From NCBI GenBank assembly GCA_937995595.1, contig CALKJW010000014.1, forward strand, positions 4,876 through 68,875: a DNA stretch of 64,000 nt, read 5' to 3'. The stretch's first letter is position 1; each line of letters starts with the position of its first letter. Origin of the DNA: an uncultured Phycisphaerales bacterium (GTDB lineage: Bacteria > Planctomycetota > Phycisphaerae > Phycisphaerales > UBA1924). The notes under the pieces are model-generated. The model saw only the letters and a list, made by a program, of their open reading frames with translations. It was not told where the DNA came from and searched no databases. Of the stretch, positions 10,017-19,560 are shown piece by piece. The position numbers and the translations under genes were made by a program.

Positions 10017-10067
10017 GGCGGGCCCGCGCCGCGCAGGGCGTGCGGCGATCCGCTACGCTCATTGGCG

Positions 10068-10964
10068 GTGGCGAGAGCAGGCGCGAAGAGCACGGGCGGG
10101 AGCGAGCGGCGCGACGAACCGCGCGCGGGCGACCGCGCGCCCTCGACGCGCGACAAACTCGACAGTTACTGGTGGGCGTCGACGCGTCCGCTGCCGGTGC
10201 TGGTGTTCCTGCTGCCGCTGGTGCTGCTGTACGAACTCGGCTCGGCGGTGTACCTGACCAACCCCGAGGCGGGCACGCGCAAGACGATCGAGGCGCAGAA
10301 ACTCTTCGGCGACTTCTTCCAGGCCCTCGGCGTGGTCGGCCTGTTCGTGCCGGGCGTCGCGCTGGTGACGGTGCTGCTGGTATGGCACGTCATGTCGCGC
10401 GACCCGTGGCGGGTGCGGAGCGCGACGCTGCTGGGCATGCTGGCCGAGTCGATCGCGTGGGCCCTGCCGCTGCTGGTGCTGTCGGCGCTGTACAGCCGCA
10501 TGAGCGCGATGGCGGGTCTGGGGCCGGATGTCGCGCTCGCGTCGGGCGTGTCGGCGGGGGCCGGGGGCGGGGCAGGCGGGGTGGGCGGGGGGTGCGGGGG
10601 GGGCGGGTTGATGGCCGAGTCGTGGCAGGCGCGGCTGACGATCTCGATCGGCGCGGGGCTGTACGAGGAGATGCTCTTCCGACTGGTGGGCATCGCGCTG
10701 GTGCACATGGTCGTGCGCGACCTGCTGGGCGCGAAGAACTGGATCGCCTGCACCGTCGCGGTGCTCGGCACGGCGGTGGCGTTCGCCCTCTACCACGACC
10801 CGCGGCTGCCCTCGGGCGCGCCGGACGTGCACCGGCTGGTGTTCATCACCATCGCGGGGGCGTACCTGGGCAACGTGTACGTGCTGCGGGGCTTCGGGGT
10901 GGTGGTCGGCGCGCACGCGATCTACGACGCGATGGTGCTGGTGTTCCTCGCGGCGCGGCCGTGA
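10068..10964 (+). CDS. CPBP family intramembrane glutamic endopeptidase (CAAX protease/Abi-like)
   Basis: Multi-TM protein with GAGLYEEMLFRLVG (EExxxR), FALYHD and HAIYDAMV motifs. The 5' part of ORF 9606..10964 overlaps rpsT and is not coding. No in-frame ATG is available, so the start is taken as GTG 10068 (or TTG 10062). The boundary is uncertain. Confidence 0.75.
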   Translation: MARAGAKSTGGSERRDEPRAGDRAPSTRDKLDSYWWASTRPLPVLVFLLPLVLLYELGSAVYLTNPEAGTRKTIEAQKLFGDFFQALGVVGLFVPGVALVTVLLVWHVMSRDPWRVRSATLLGMLAESIAWALPLLVLSALYSRMSAMAGLGPDVALASGVSAGAGGGAGGVGGGCGGGGLMAESWQARLTISIGAGLYEEMLFRLVGIALVHMVVRDLLGAKNWIACTVAVLGTAVAFALYHDPRLPSGAPDVHRLVFITIAGAYLGNVYVLRGFGVVVGAHAIYDAMVLVFLAARP

Positions 10965-10976
10965 GATTTCCCGCGC

Positions 10977-12053
10977 CTACAGCAACCCGGCGGTCTCGTC
11001 GAGGCCGAGCATCAGGTTGGCGTTCTGCACCGCCTGACCCGACGCGCCCTTGACGAGGTTGTCCTCGGCCGCGACGAGCACGACGCGCCCGTTCACGACG
11101 CGGCCGTTGACGTGCACCATGTTCGTGCGCTGCACGTCGCGCAGCGTGGGCGCGTCGTCGCGCACGACGATGAACGGCTCGCGCTCGTACGCGGCCTTGA
11201 GGCACGACTGCGCCGCGCCCGTGTCGAGCCCCGGCGCGGCGGGCGCGGCGTAGATGGTCTCCAGAATCCCGCGCTCCAGCGGCAGCAGGTGCGGCACGAA
11301 CAGCGGCTCGCCGGCGAGCGCCGCGCCCGACTCGCCGCCCCGGAGGCGGAGCGTCTGGGCGATCTCGGGCTGGTGCCGGTGCACGCCGATGCCGTAGGCC
11401 GAGTAGTTCTCGTTGGCCTCGGGGTAGTGCAGGTTGGGCTTGGGCGCGCGGCCCGCGCCGCTCACGCCCGAGGCCGCGTTGACGATGATCGACGACGGGT
11501 CGATCAGCCCCGCGCGCAGGAGCGGCAGGAGCGCGACCGCCGCGGCGGTCGGGTAGCAGCCGGGGTTGGCGCACAGGTCGCACCCGCGGACGTCGTCGCG
11601 GAACCACTCGGTGAGTCCGTAGACGGCGCGCGGCAGACGGGCGGCGTCGGTGTGGGCGTGGCCGTAGGCGCGCTCGTAGGTCGCCGCGTCGCGCAGGCGG
11701 TAGGCCGCGGAGAGGTCCACGACCTTCACGCCGCGGGCGAGCAGCGCGGGCGTGTGCTCCATCGCGGCCTCGTGCGGCAGGCAGAGGAAGGCGAGGCGGC
11801 AGCGCGCGGCGATCTTCGCCGCGTCGATCGGCTCGCACTCGCCCGTCGGGTGGCCCGCGAGGCGGTGGGCCAGTCGCGGGAACTCCTGGTCGATGCGCGG
11901 CGTCGGCACGCGGGCCGAGGCGAGGTAGTCGATGCGCATGGTGGGGTGCCGACCGAGAATCTCGATGAGTTCGAGACCGGTATACCCCGTCGGGCCGACC
12001 ACGGCGACGGGGATGCGGTCGCTGCTGCGCCAGTTTGCCGAAGGCTTGCTCAT
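10977..12053 (-). CDS. argC: N-acetyl-gamma-glutamyl-phosphate reductase
   Basis: VAVVGPTGYTGLELIEIL, ANPGCYPTAAAVALLPL (active-site Cys), NAASGVSGAGR, HRHQPEI, EDNLVKGASGQAVQNANLMLG. Confidence 0.95.
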   Translation of the reverse strand: MSKPSANWRSSDRIPVAVVGPTGYTGLELIEILGRHPTMRIDYLASARVPTPRIDQEFPRLAHRLAGHPTGECEPIDAAKIAARCRLAFLCLPHEAAMEHTPALLARGVKVVDLSAAYRLRDAATYERAYGHAHTDAARLPRAVYGLTEWFRDDVRGCDLCANPGCYPTAAAVALLPLLRAGLIDPSSIIVNAASGVSGAGRAPKPNLHYPEANENYSAYGIGVHRHQPEIAQTLRLRGGESGAALAGEPLFVPHLLPLERGILETIYAAPAAPGLDTGAAQSCLKAAYEREPFIVVRDDAPTLRDVQRTNMVHVNGRVVNGRVVLVAAEDNLVKGASGQAVQNANLMLGLDETAGLL

Positions 12054-12168
12054 GCGGCGATTGTTGCACGCCCGGCGGGCAACGACCGATCAACCCGTCC
12101 GGCGGGCGGGCGCGAGGGACGTTCTCCCTCCGTCCCTTCCCCCCTGTGCTGCCCATAGGATCCCGTGC

Positions 12169-14289
12169 ATGTCCTCGCTCACGTCGTTCTTCACGTCTCT
12201 GCCCGACCTGTTGCTGGTCATCGTGGGCTTCACGATGATCATCGTGGTGCACGAACTGGGGCACTTTCTCGCGGCCCGGTGGGCGGGCGTGCGGGTGCTG
12301 GCGTTCGCGGTCGGGTTCGGGCCGTCGGTGGTCTCGTACCGCAAGGGGCTGGGCGTGCGCCGCGGCAGCAGCGAGGCGGAGTATCTTCGCCTTGCCGAAC
12401 GCGGTCAGGACAAGGGCATCAGCCCGACGGAGTACCGCTTCAACGCGCTGCCGTTCGGCGGCTACGTGAAGATGCTCGGGCAGGACGACGCGAACCCCGC
12501 GGCGACGAGCGATGCACCGGACTCGTTCCAGAACTGCGTGGTGTGGAAGCGGATGGTCATCATCTCGGCGGGCGTGGTGATGAACGTCATCCTCTCCGCG
12601 GTGCTGTTCATCGTGGTGTTCATGGTCGGGCTGAAGGTCACGCCGCCGATCATCGGGCTGGTGGGGCCGGGGACCCCCGCCGCGAACGCGGTGCCGGTGA
12701 ACGGCGATTCGGCAGGGGTGAGCGAGCCGGGGCTGCGCGCCGGCGACCGCATCGTGCGCATCAACGGCAGGGAGCCGGGGAAGTTCGAGGACCTGATCAC
12801 GGCGACGGCGATGGCCCGGCGCGGGTCGTCGGTCTCGGTGGAGATCGAGCGGCCGGGGGTGGCAACGCCGCTGCGGTTCGAGGTCGTGCCGCGGGTGGAC
12901 GAAGGGACGCGCCTGCAGATGATCGGCGTCGGCCCCGCGATGTCGGCGCGTCTGCCCGAGGCCCGCACGCCCGCGGCGCGCCGGCAATGGGAGACCTTCC
13001 GCGAGGCGGTCGGCGTGCCGGAACTGGAGCCGGGCATGACGCTGGTGCGCATCGACGGGCGCGAGGTGACGACGGCGCACGATCTCTCGCAGGCCGCGGC
13101 GAAATCGGACGGGAGGCCGATGCGGGCCGTCTTCCGCGCCACGGACGGGCGCGAGATCGAGGCGAACCTGACGCCCACGCCGGCGATGCAGACGACTGCG
13201 TTCCGGGTCGAAGAAGGCGCGAACTGGGCTATCGACCACCTGCTGGGGCTGACGCCGGTGCTGCGTGTCGCGGCGACCAACGATCGCGGCGAGGCGGCGG
13301 GCCTTCGCCGCGGCGACGTGTTCGCCCTGCTGGGCTGGCTGGAATGGCCGAGCATGGCGGACGGGGTCGCGGCGATCCGTGCCGCACGGGGGAAGAGCAT
13401 CCGGGCGGTCGTCATGCGGCCGCGGGCGGGCGGCGGGTGGGACGAGGTGGACCTGGGCGAGTTGCCTGTGAGCCGCGAGGGGCAGGTGGGCTTCACGCCG
13501 CGGGACTCGGCGGGGGTGGGCTCGTGGGTCGCGGGCTGGCCGACTTCGCCGCGGAGCGACGGGGGCGCGGCGCCGAGCGGCGCGATGCTGAACCTGCTGC
13601 CGGGTTCGCGGATCGTCGAGGTGCAGGGCCGGCCGGTGCGCACGCTGTACGACGTTGCCGCCGCGCTGGGCGAGTTCGCCGCCGGCGTGCCGCCGGGAGA
13701 GGCTGCGACGGTCGAGCTGCTGGTGGAGCTGCCGCGAACAGCGGGAGCGGCGGCGGGGAGCGAACCGCTGACCGAGCGTGTCGCGTGGACTCTGCACGCC
13801 GACGAGTTGCGCTGGCTCCGCGCGCGGGAGTGGCGCAGCCCGATCTCGGAGGCGGAGTTCGTGCCGGCCGAGGGGGTGTTGCGTGCGGCCGGGCCGCTGG
13901 AGGCGGTGGGCATGGGGCTGCGCGAGACGCACAGCGTGATGCTGACGACGTACCTGACGTTTGCGCGGCTGTTCCAGGGGACGGTGAAGGTGACGCACCT
14001 GAAGGGGCCGGTGGGGATTGCGCACGTCGGCACGCTGCTGGCGGGGCGGGGCGTCGTGTGGCTGCTGTTCTTCATGGCGCTGATCAGCGTGAACCTGGCG
14101 GTGATCAACTTCCTGCCGATCCCGATCGCGGACGGGGGGCACATGGTGTTCCTGATCTGGGAGCAGGCGACGGGGCGGCCGGTCTCGCCGATGGTGCAGA
14201 ACATCGCCGCGCTGGCGGGGCTGGCGCTGCTGGCGTCGGTGTTCGTCATCGTGACCTTCAACGACCTGCGCAACCTGTTCACGGGTTGA
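12169..14289 (+). CDS. rseP: RIP (site-2) zinc metalloprotease RseP, long form with extended PDZ region
   Basis: MIIVVHELGHFLAARWAGVRV (HExxH), FGGYVKMLGQDD, a ~450-aa central region with PDZ-like segments (GLRAGDRIVRING..., GLRRGDVF...), and C-terminal NLAVINFLPIPIADGGHMVF. Start is ATG 12169, inside ORF-track frame 11932. Confidence 0.92.
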   Translation: MSSLTSFFTSLPDLLLVIVGFTMIIVVHELGHFLAARWAGVRVLAFAVGFGPSVVSYRKGLGVRRGSSEAEYLRLAERGQDKGISPTEYRFNALPFGGYVKMLGQDDANPAATSDAPDSFQNCVVWKRMVIISAGVVMNVILSAVLFIVVFMVGLKVTPPIIGLVGPGTPAANAVPVNGDSAGVSEPGLRAGDRIVRINGREPGKFEDLITATAMARRGSSVSVEIERPGVATPLRFEVVPRVDEGTRLQMIGVGPAMSARLPEARTPAARRQWETFREAVGVPELEPGMTLVRIDGREVTTAHDLSQAAAKSDGRPMRAVFRATDGREIEANLTPTPAMQTTAFRVEEGANWAIDHLLGLTPVLRVAATNDRGEAAGLRRGDVFALLGWLEWPSMADGVAAIRAARGKSIRAVVMRPRAGGGWDEVDLGELPVSREGQVGFTPRDSAGVGSWVAGWPTSPRSDGGAAPSGAMLNLLPGSRIVEVQGRPVRTLYDVAAALGEFAAGVPPGEAATVELLVELPRTAGAAAGSEPLTERVAWTLHADELRWLRAREWRSPISEAEFVPAEGVLRAAGPLEAVGMGLRETHSVMLTTYLTFARLFQGTVKVTHLKGPVGIAHVGTLLAGRGVVWLLFFMALISVNLAVINFLPIPIADGGHMVFLIWEQATGRPVSPMVQNIAALAGLALLASVFVIVTFNDLRNLFTG

Positions 14290-14322
14290 CGCTTTATAAC
14301 TTATATAGAGTATCGAGCGACC

Positions 14323-15291
14323 ATGGACCTTCTCGGACTGCTTCTTCTGCTGGCGGCCGGGCTGGGCGTGTTCGCGCTGGCGGTGGTCGCGTTCACGCTG
14401 CGCACGCTGACGCGCCCGCCGCGGCGGACGTACTCGTGGGCTGTTGCGCGCGGGGTTCCGGGAGAGCCGCCGGAGGTCCGCGTGCCGTGGGGACGGGTCG
14501 AGTATTCGTCGTGGTCGTTCGCGTCGCGCGGGCGCGACCTGCCGGTGTGGGACATCTGCGGGGCGCGGGCCGACGGGCCGACGGCGGTGCTGACGCACGG
14601 CTGGGGCGACTCGCGCGTGGTCGCGCTGTCGCGTCTGCCCGCGCTGCTGGCGTGCTGCGCGCGGGTGGTGATGTGGGACCTGCCGGGGCACGGCGACGCG
14701 CCGGGGTCGTGCACGCTCGGCACGCGCGAGTGCGACGATCTGGTCGCGCTGCTGGAGCGGCTCGGCTCGACCGAACCGATCGTGCTGTACGGCTCGTCGC
14801 TGGGCGCGGGCGTGTCGATCGTCGTCGCGGCGAAGGACGCGGCGCGGCTGGGCGTCGTCGGCGTGATCGCCGAGGCCCCCTACCGCGTGCCGCGGGTGCC
14901 GGCGCAGCGGGTGATGCAGATTCGCGGCCTGCCGTGGCGATGGAACCTGCCGGTGGTGATGGCCGTGGTCGGCGCGCGACAGGGCTACGGGCTGTCGTGG
15001 GTGGCGGGCGCGGACGCCGGCGGGTTCGACCGTGCGGCGCACGCGGCGAGCCTGCGGGTGCCGCTGCTGGTGATCCACGGGACCGAGGACGAGGTGTGCC
15101 CGGTCGAGGACGGGCGCGCCATCGCCGCGGCCGCGCCGGACGGGGAGACCGTCGAGGTCGAGGGCGCCGGGCACAACAACCTGTGGACGGACGACCGGTT
15201 CATCCCGGTGTGCGCCGGGGCGGTGGCGGGGTTTGTCGGGCGCTTCGCGGCGCGGCGTGGGGCGGCGGACGCGACGCGGGCCGCGGGTTGA
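14323..15291 (+). CDS. alpha/beta hydrolase with N-terminal TM anchor
   Basis: LTHGWGDS, nucleophile elbow YGSSLGAG, LLVIHGTEDEVCP, GAGHNNLW. Confidence 0.8.
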   Translation: MDLLGLLLLLAAGLGVFALAVVAFTLRTLTRPPRRTYSWAVARGVPGEPPEVRVPWGRVEYSSWSFASRGRDLPVWDICGARADGPTAVLTHGWGDSRVVALSRLPALLACCARVVMWDLPGHGDAPGSCTLGTRECDDLVALLERLGSTEPIVLYGSSLGAGVSIVVAAKDAARLGVVGVIAEAPYRVPRVPAQRVMQIRGLPWRWNLPVVMAVVGARQGYGLSWVAGADAGGFDRAAHAASLRVPLLVIHGTEDEVCPVEDGRAIAAAAPDGETVEVEGAGHNNLWTDDRFIPVCAGAVAGFVGRFAARRGAADATRAAG

Positions 15292-15355
15292 GGTCTCCCG
15301 CGGCCCGTGCCGGTGTGCCTGAGGTTGACGGCGGCGCGGCGTGGGCCGGCGCGGA

Positions 15356-16495
15356 TCATTCGTCGCCGGGGTTACCCTCGTCCTCGTCGCCGCTGACGGG
15401 CACCGCGGCGGGCGGGTTGCTGGCCCGCGCGGCGAGCACGGCGCGGCGGACCTCTTCGAAGAGTTCCGGGTTCTCCTTCAGGAAGCGCTTGGCGTTCTCT
15501 CGCCCCTGGCCGACGCGGACCTCGCCGTAGTTGAACCACGCGCCGCTCTTGTCGATGACCTTGGCGTCGACGGCCATGTCGAGCAGGTCGCCGGAGGTCG
15601 AGATGCCCTCGTTGAACATGATGTCGAACTCGGACTCGCGGAAGGGCGGGGCGACCTTGTTCTTCACCACGCGGGCGCGGACGCGGTTGCCGACCGCCAC
15701 ATCGCCCTCCTTGATGGAACTGATGCGGCGGATGTCGATGCGGACGGAGGCGTAGAACTTGAGGGCGCGGCCGCCGGGGGTGGTCTCGGGGCTGCCGAAC
15801 ATGACGCCGATCTTCTCGCGCAACTGGTTGATGAAGATGACGGTGCAGTTGCTGCGGGCGATGACGCCGGTGAGTTTGCGCATGGCCTGCGACATGAGGC
15901 GGGCCTGCAGGCCGACAACGGCGTCGCCCATCTCGCCCTCGATCTCGGCGCGGGGGATGAGCGCGGCGACCGAGTCGACGACGATCACGTCGACGGCGTT
16001 GGAGCGGACGAGGAGTTCGCAGATCTCCAGCGCCTGCTCGCCGGTGTCGGGCTGGGAGACGAGCATGTCGTCGATGTTGACGCCCAGGCGGCGGGCCCAG
16101 GTGGGGTCGAGCGCGTGCTCGGCGTCGATGAACGCCGCGACGCCGCCGGTCTTCTGGGCCTGCGCGGCGACGGTGAGGGCGAGGGTGGTCTTGCCGGAGG
16201 ACTCGGGGCCGAAGATCTCGATGATGCGGCCGCGCGGGATGCCCTTGCCGCCCAGCGCCAGGTCGAGCGAGATCGCGCCCGTCGAGATGCCGGGGATGTT
16301 GGCGTAGGCGTGCTCGTCGAGTTTCATGATCGAGCCCTTGCCGAAGGTCTTCTCGATCTGACCAACGGCCATGTCCAGCGCCTTGGCCTTCTCCTTGGAG
16401 ATGGCCGGGGGCTGGGCCGCGGCGGCCTGCGGGGCCTTGGCGGGCTTGGACTCGACTTCGACGGCGGTGTGATTGGACGACGATGCGCGGGCCAT
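15356..16495 (-). CDS. recA: recombinase RecA
   Basis: [39 protein letters not shown] (Walker A), [45 protein letters not shown] 16495 is preceded by AAAGGAGGG. The remaining 5' part of ORF 15356..16708 is rejected. N-terminal extension of ~30 aa, acidic C-tail. Confidence 0.97.
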   Translation of the reverse strand: MARASSSNHTAVEVESKPAKAPQAAAAQPPAISKEKAKALDMAVGQIEKTFGKGSIMKLDEHAYANIPGISTGAISLDLALGGKGIPRGRIIEIFGPESSGKTTLALTVAAQAQKTGGVAAFIDAEHALDPTWARRLGVNIDDMLVSQPDTGEQALEICELLVRSNAVDVIVVDSVAALIPRAEIEGEMGDAVVGLQARLMSQAMRKLTGVIARSNCTVIFINQLREKIGVMFGSPETTPGGRALKFYASVRIDIRRISSIKEGDVAVGNRVRARVVKNKVAPPFRESEFDIMFNEGISTSGDLLDMAVDAKVIDKSGAWFNYGEVRVGQGRENAKRFLKENPELFEEVRRAVLAARASNPPAAVPVSGDEDEGNPGDE

Positions 16496-16656
16496 GAAGG
16501 CCCTCCTTTCTGCTGCCGGGCGTGGCTGGGCTCCGCTTGCCCCGAGGGGTGCGGGCCAGGCGCTCCGGGTCCCCGTGCACGGCCGGGGCCCCGACATCCA
16601 TGAGGGGGCACGGTCCGGGTCGGGGGCGGCACAGGTCGCGAGCCCGACTGCGGAGG

Positions 16657-16684
16657 AGTTTACCAAGTACCGAACAGTTGTCAA
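16657..16684 (-). promoter_or_regulatory. candidate recA promoter (TTGACA-N16-TAAACT on the minus strand)
   Basis: On the minus strand: TTGACA (16684..16679), 16-nt spacer, TAAACT (16662..16657). Lies in an AT-richer island ~160 nt upstream of the recA ATG. Confidence 0.4.
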
Positions 16685-16692
16685 TGTTCGGT
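16669..16692. promoter_or_regulatory. perfect inverted repeat ACCGAACA-N8-TGTTCGGT overlapping the candidate recA promoter (candidate LexA/repressor operator)
   Basis: Arms at 16669-16676 and 16685-16692 are exact reverse complements. One arm lies between the -35 and -10 hexamers, and the -35 lies in the spacer. Confidence 0.45.
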
Positions 16693-16929
16693 CTGTGAAA
16701 GGTTGCAAGTTGTGGAAAAGTTCGGAAGTTGGTGCGGCAACGGCGCTTGCGGGCCCGCAAATGGCTGCGCGTCCAACCAGATGTCCGAACCCGGCACGGA
16801 GGCCCGCATGCGAAACGGTTCAGGCTGGACCGACGCGCGCATGTGCGCGCAAGAGGCGCGACGTCGCCGCACACCCGCGAGCCTGACGCGGCGGGCAGGG
16901 TTGCCGAGAGCATCGGTTAGGATGGCCGC

Positions 16930-17703
16930 GTGAGCGTGACATGCCCGTGCGGGCAGGACATCCCGATCGCGGACATCAACGTCGGGGAGGGCGTGGCCCT
17001 CTGCCGCGGATGCGGGAAGCTCTCGCGCCTGATGGACCTCGCCACGCCGCTGGAAGATGCCGCGGCGATCGAAGCGGCCAATGCGCCGCCGCCGAAAGGG
17101 TGCCGCATTGATGACTTTGGCGGTCAGGCGGTGCTGGTCGCTTCGGCGCGATCGCTGACGACGGCCGGTCCGCTGCTGTTCTTCGCGGCGTTCTGGAACA
17201 GCATCGTGAGCGTGTTCGTGCTGATCGCGACCGCGGGGTTGTGGACGAACTTAGTTGGGCCGATCCCCGCGTGGTTCCCCGCGCCCAGCGCAACCAACGG
17301 CCCGGGAGGATCCAACAACAGCATCGGCATCGGCATGCCTCTGGGCATGGCGTTGTTTCTGTGCGTGTTCCTGATCCCGTTTGTCGCGATCGGGCTGGGC
17401 GTGCTGTGCGCCGCGCTGGTGGCGATGGCGGGTCGCGTCGTGGTGCGCCTGCGCGGGCCCGAGGGCGTGGTGTTCACGGGCATCGGGCCGATCGGCTGGA
17501 GGCGGCGGTTCGACGCTTCGCGCGTGAAGGCGGTGAAGTTCGTGGAGTCTGCCGCGGAGCGGAACGGGCAGCGGCGGAAACTCATCGGCATCGAGACCGA
17601 GCAGAGGACCATCAAGTTCGGATCGGTGCTGACGGACCAGCGCCGTGCGTGGCTGGCCGGCGCGCTCAAGAAGGTGCTGACGCAGGCCAAGCGCGGGCGG
17701 TAG
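16930..17703 (+). CDS. hypothetical membrane protein with N-terminal zinc-ribbon-like CxC...CxxC
   Basis: GTG start. (M)SVTCPCGQDIPIADINVGEGVALCRGCGKL, then ~4 predicted TM helices and a basic C-terminal domain. Composition is coding-like. No family recognised. Confidence 0.6.
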   Translation: MSVTCPCGQDIPIADINVGEGVALCRGCGKLSRLMDLATPLEDAAAIEAANAPPPKGCRIDDFGGQAVLVASARSLTTAGPLLFFAAFWNSIVSVFVLIATAGLWTNLVGPIPAWFPAPSATNGPGGSNNSIGIGMPLGMALFLCVFLIPFVAIGLGVLCAALVAMAGRVVVRLRGPEGVVFTGIGPIGWRRRFDASRVKAVKFVESAAERNGQRRKLIGIETEQRTIKFGSVLTDQRRAWLAGALKKVLTQAKRGR

Positions 17704-17768
17704 CCGGCCGCGTCGGCGACTACGCTTGACCCGCGTTTTGCGGCCATGCCGTGCCCCTTGGAGGCCCG

Positions 17769-19514
17769 ATGTCGAACACTCCGCCGACTCCCCCCTCCCC
17801 CCCCGCTCCCGAGCCCGCGGCCAAGGCCGCCGCGGCTGCGCCGCCGACGCTGCGCGAACTGACCGAGGCGTACGTCCGGATCGAGGCGAAGATCCGCCAG
17901 GGCGGCGGAGCGAAGGCGATCGAGCGGCAGCACGAGAAGGGGCGGCTGACCGCGCGGGAGCGGATCGAGCGGTTGATCGACAAGCCCGGATCGGTTGGCG
18001 CCGCCAAGGACGCGCCGAGCGTCAACGTGCACGCGGCGGAGATCCCCGGCTTTGCGGAACTGGGGTTGTGGGCCGCGTGGGGCATGTATGAAGAGCACGG
18101 GGGCGCGCCCGCGGCGGGGGTCGTGACGGGCGTGGGGTGCGTGCAGGGCCGTCGGTGCATGATCATCGCGAACGACGCGACGGTGAAGGCCGGCGCGTTC
18201 TTCCCGATGACGTGCAAGAAGATCATCCGGGCGCAGATGATGGCGCAGATGGCGCGGATGCCGCTGATCTACCTGGTTGATTCGGCGGGCGTGTTCCTGC
18301 CGCTGCAGGAGGACGTGTTCCCCGACACCGACGATTTCGGCCGCATCTTCCGCAACAACGCGGTGCTCAGCGCCGAGGGCATCCCGCAGATCGCGGCGAT
18401 CATGGGGTATTGCGTGGCGGGCGGCGGGTACCTGCCGGTGCTGTGCGACACGCTGCTGATGACCGAGGGGAGCGGGCTGTACCTCGCCGGGCCGGCGCTG
18501 GTGAAGGCGGCGATCGGTCAGTCGGTGACGGACGAGGAACTCGGCGGGGCGACGATGCACGCGGAGATCAGCGGGACCATCGACTTCAAGGAAAGAGACG
18601 ACGAGTCGTGCATCCGTCGGCTGCGCGAGTTGATGGGCAAGTACGGCCCCGCGGCCGGGCCGCGCGCGCGGTGCGCGCCGTCGTATCACGGCGGCGACCG
18701 GCTGTACGACTTCTTCACCGACAGGCCGGGGGCGCAGTACGAGGTGCGCGACCTGATCGCGGCGATCGTCGATTCGCGCAACGACCGCGGCACGCTCGCG
18801 CCCGACTTTGACGAGTACAAGGCGGACTACGGCCCGTCGATCGTCTGCGGGTACGCGAGGATCGGCGGCGCGGCGTGCGGCATCGTCGCGAACCAGAAGA
18901 AGGTCACGCGGACGGGCGCGGGCGCGGTGCAGTTGCCGGGCGTGATCTACCACGACTCGGCGGACAAGGCCGCGCGGTTCATCATGGACTGCAACCAGCG
19001 GAGGATCCCGCTGGTGTTCCTGCACGACACGACGGGGTTCATGGTGGGCAAGGAGAGCGAGCAGCACGGGATCATCCGCGCGGGCGCGAAGATGGTCAAC
19101 GCGATGAGCAACTGCGTGGTGCCGAAGATCGTGGTGATCGTGGGCGGGTCGTACGGCGCGGGGAACTACGCCATGTGCGGGCGCGGGTTCGACCCGTTTG
19201 TCACGCTCGCGTGGCCGAGCGGCAAGTGCGCCGTGATGGGCGCCAACCAGGCGACGGGCGTGCTGACCACCATCGAGGAGGCGAGCCGCAAGCGCAAGGG
19301 CGAGACCATCGACGAAGAGACGCACCGGGCGATCTACGCCGCGATCCACGCCGGCTACACCGAGCAGGCGGACATCCGGCACGGCGCGGCCCGCGGGTGG
19401 CTCGACCGCATCATCCAGCCCCACCGCACGCGCGAGGAACTCGTCGGCGCGCTGGCGATGACCGAGAACTGGGACTACTCGCGGCCGTTCAGGACGGGCG
19501 TGCTGCAGACCTGA
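17769..19514 (+). CDS. acyl-CoA carboxylase carboxyltransferase (beta) subunit, MccB/PccB family
   Basis: AIERQHEKGRLTARERIERLID, IIANDATVKAGAFFPMTCKKIIRAQ, PLIYLVDSAGVFLP, IMGYCVAGGGYLP, GGATMH, second half VIYHDSADKAARFI..., GSYGAGNYAMCGR. ATG 17769 is preceded by GGAGG. Confidence 0.9.
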   Translation: MSNTPPTPPSPPAPEPAAKAAAAAPPTLRELTEAYVRIEAKIRQGGGAKAIERQHEKGRLTARERIERLIDKPGSVGAAKDAPSVNVHAAEIPGFAELGLWAAWGMYEEHGGAPAAGVVTGVGCVQGRRCMIIANDATVKAGAFFPMTCKKIIRAQMMAQMARMPLIYLVDSAGVFLPLQEDVFPDTDDFGRIFRNNAVLSAEGIPQIAAIMGYCVAGGGYLPVLCDTLLMTEGSGLYLAGPALVKAAIGQSVTDEELGGATMHAEISGTIDFKERDDESCIRRLRELMGKYGPAAGPRARCAPSYHGGDRLYDFFTDRPGAQYEVRDLIAAIVDSRNDRGTLAPDFDEYKADYGPSIVCGYARIGGAACGIVANQKKVTRTGAGAVQLPGVIYHDSADKAARFIMDCNQRRIPLVFLHDTTGFMVGKESEQHGIIRAGAKMVNAMSNCVVPKIVVIVGGSYGAGNYAMCGRGFDPFVTLAWPSGKCAVMGANQATGVLTTIEEASRKRKGETIDEETHRAIYAAIHAGYTEQADIRHGAARGWLDRIIQPHRTREELVGALAMTENWDYSRPFRTGVLQT

Positions 19515-19560
19515 GGCGACTCTCGGCCGTCACGGAGTGCCGGCCCACCCGACACACGTC

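Noticed and set aside
10551-10610. G-rich run (ggggccgggggcggggcaggcggggtgggcggggggtgcgggggggg) as a regulatory G4 or repeat element
   Set aside because: It lies inside the CPBP protease ORF and encodes a Gly-rich loop (GAGGGAGGVGGGCGGGG). This was treated as coding low complexity rather than a separate feature.
10846-15174. 1,442-aa minus-strand ORF spanning argC, rseP and the hydrolase region
   Set aside because: It lies antisense or off-frame to three genes with unambiguous motifs (ArgC, RseP HExxH, alpha/beta hydrolase). Its composition is dominated by R/P/A/G/H.
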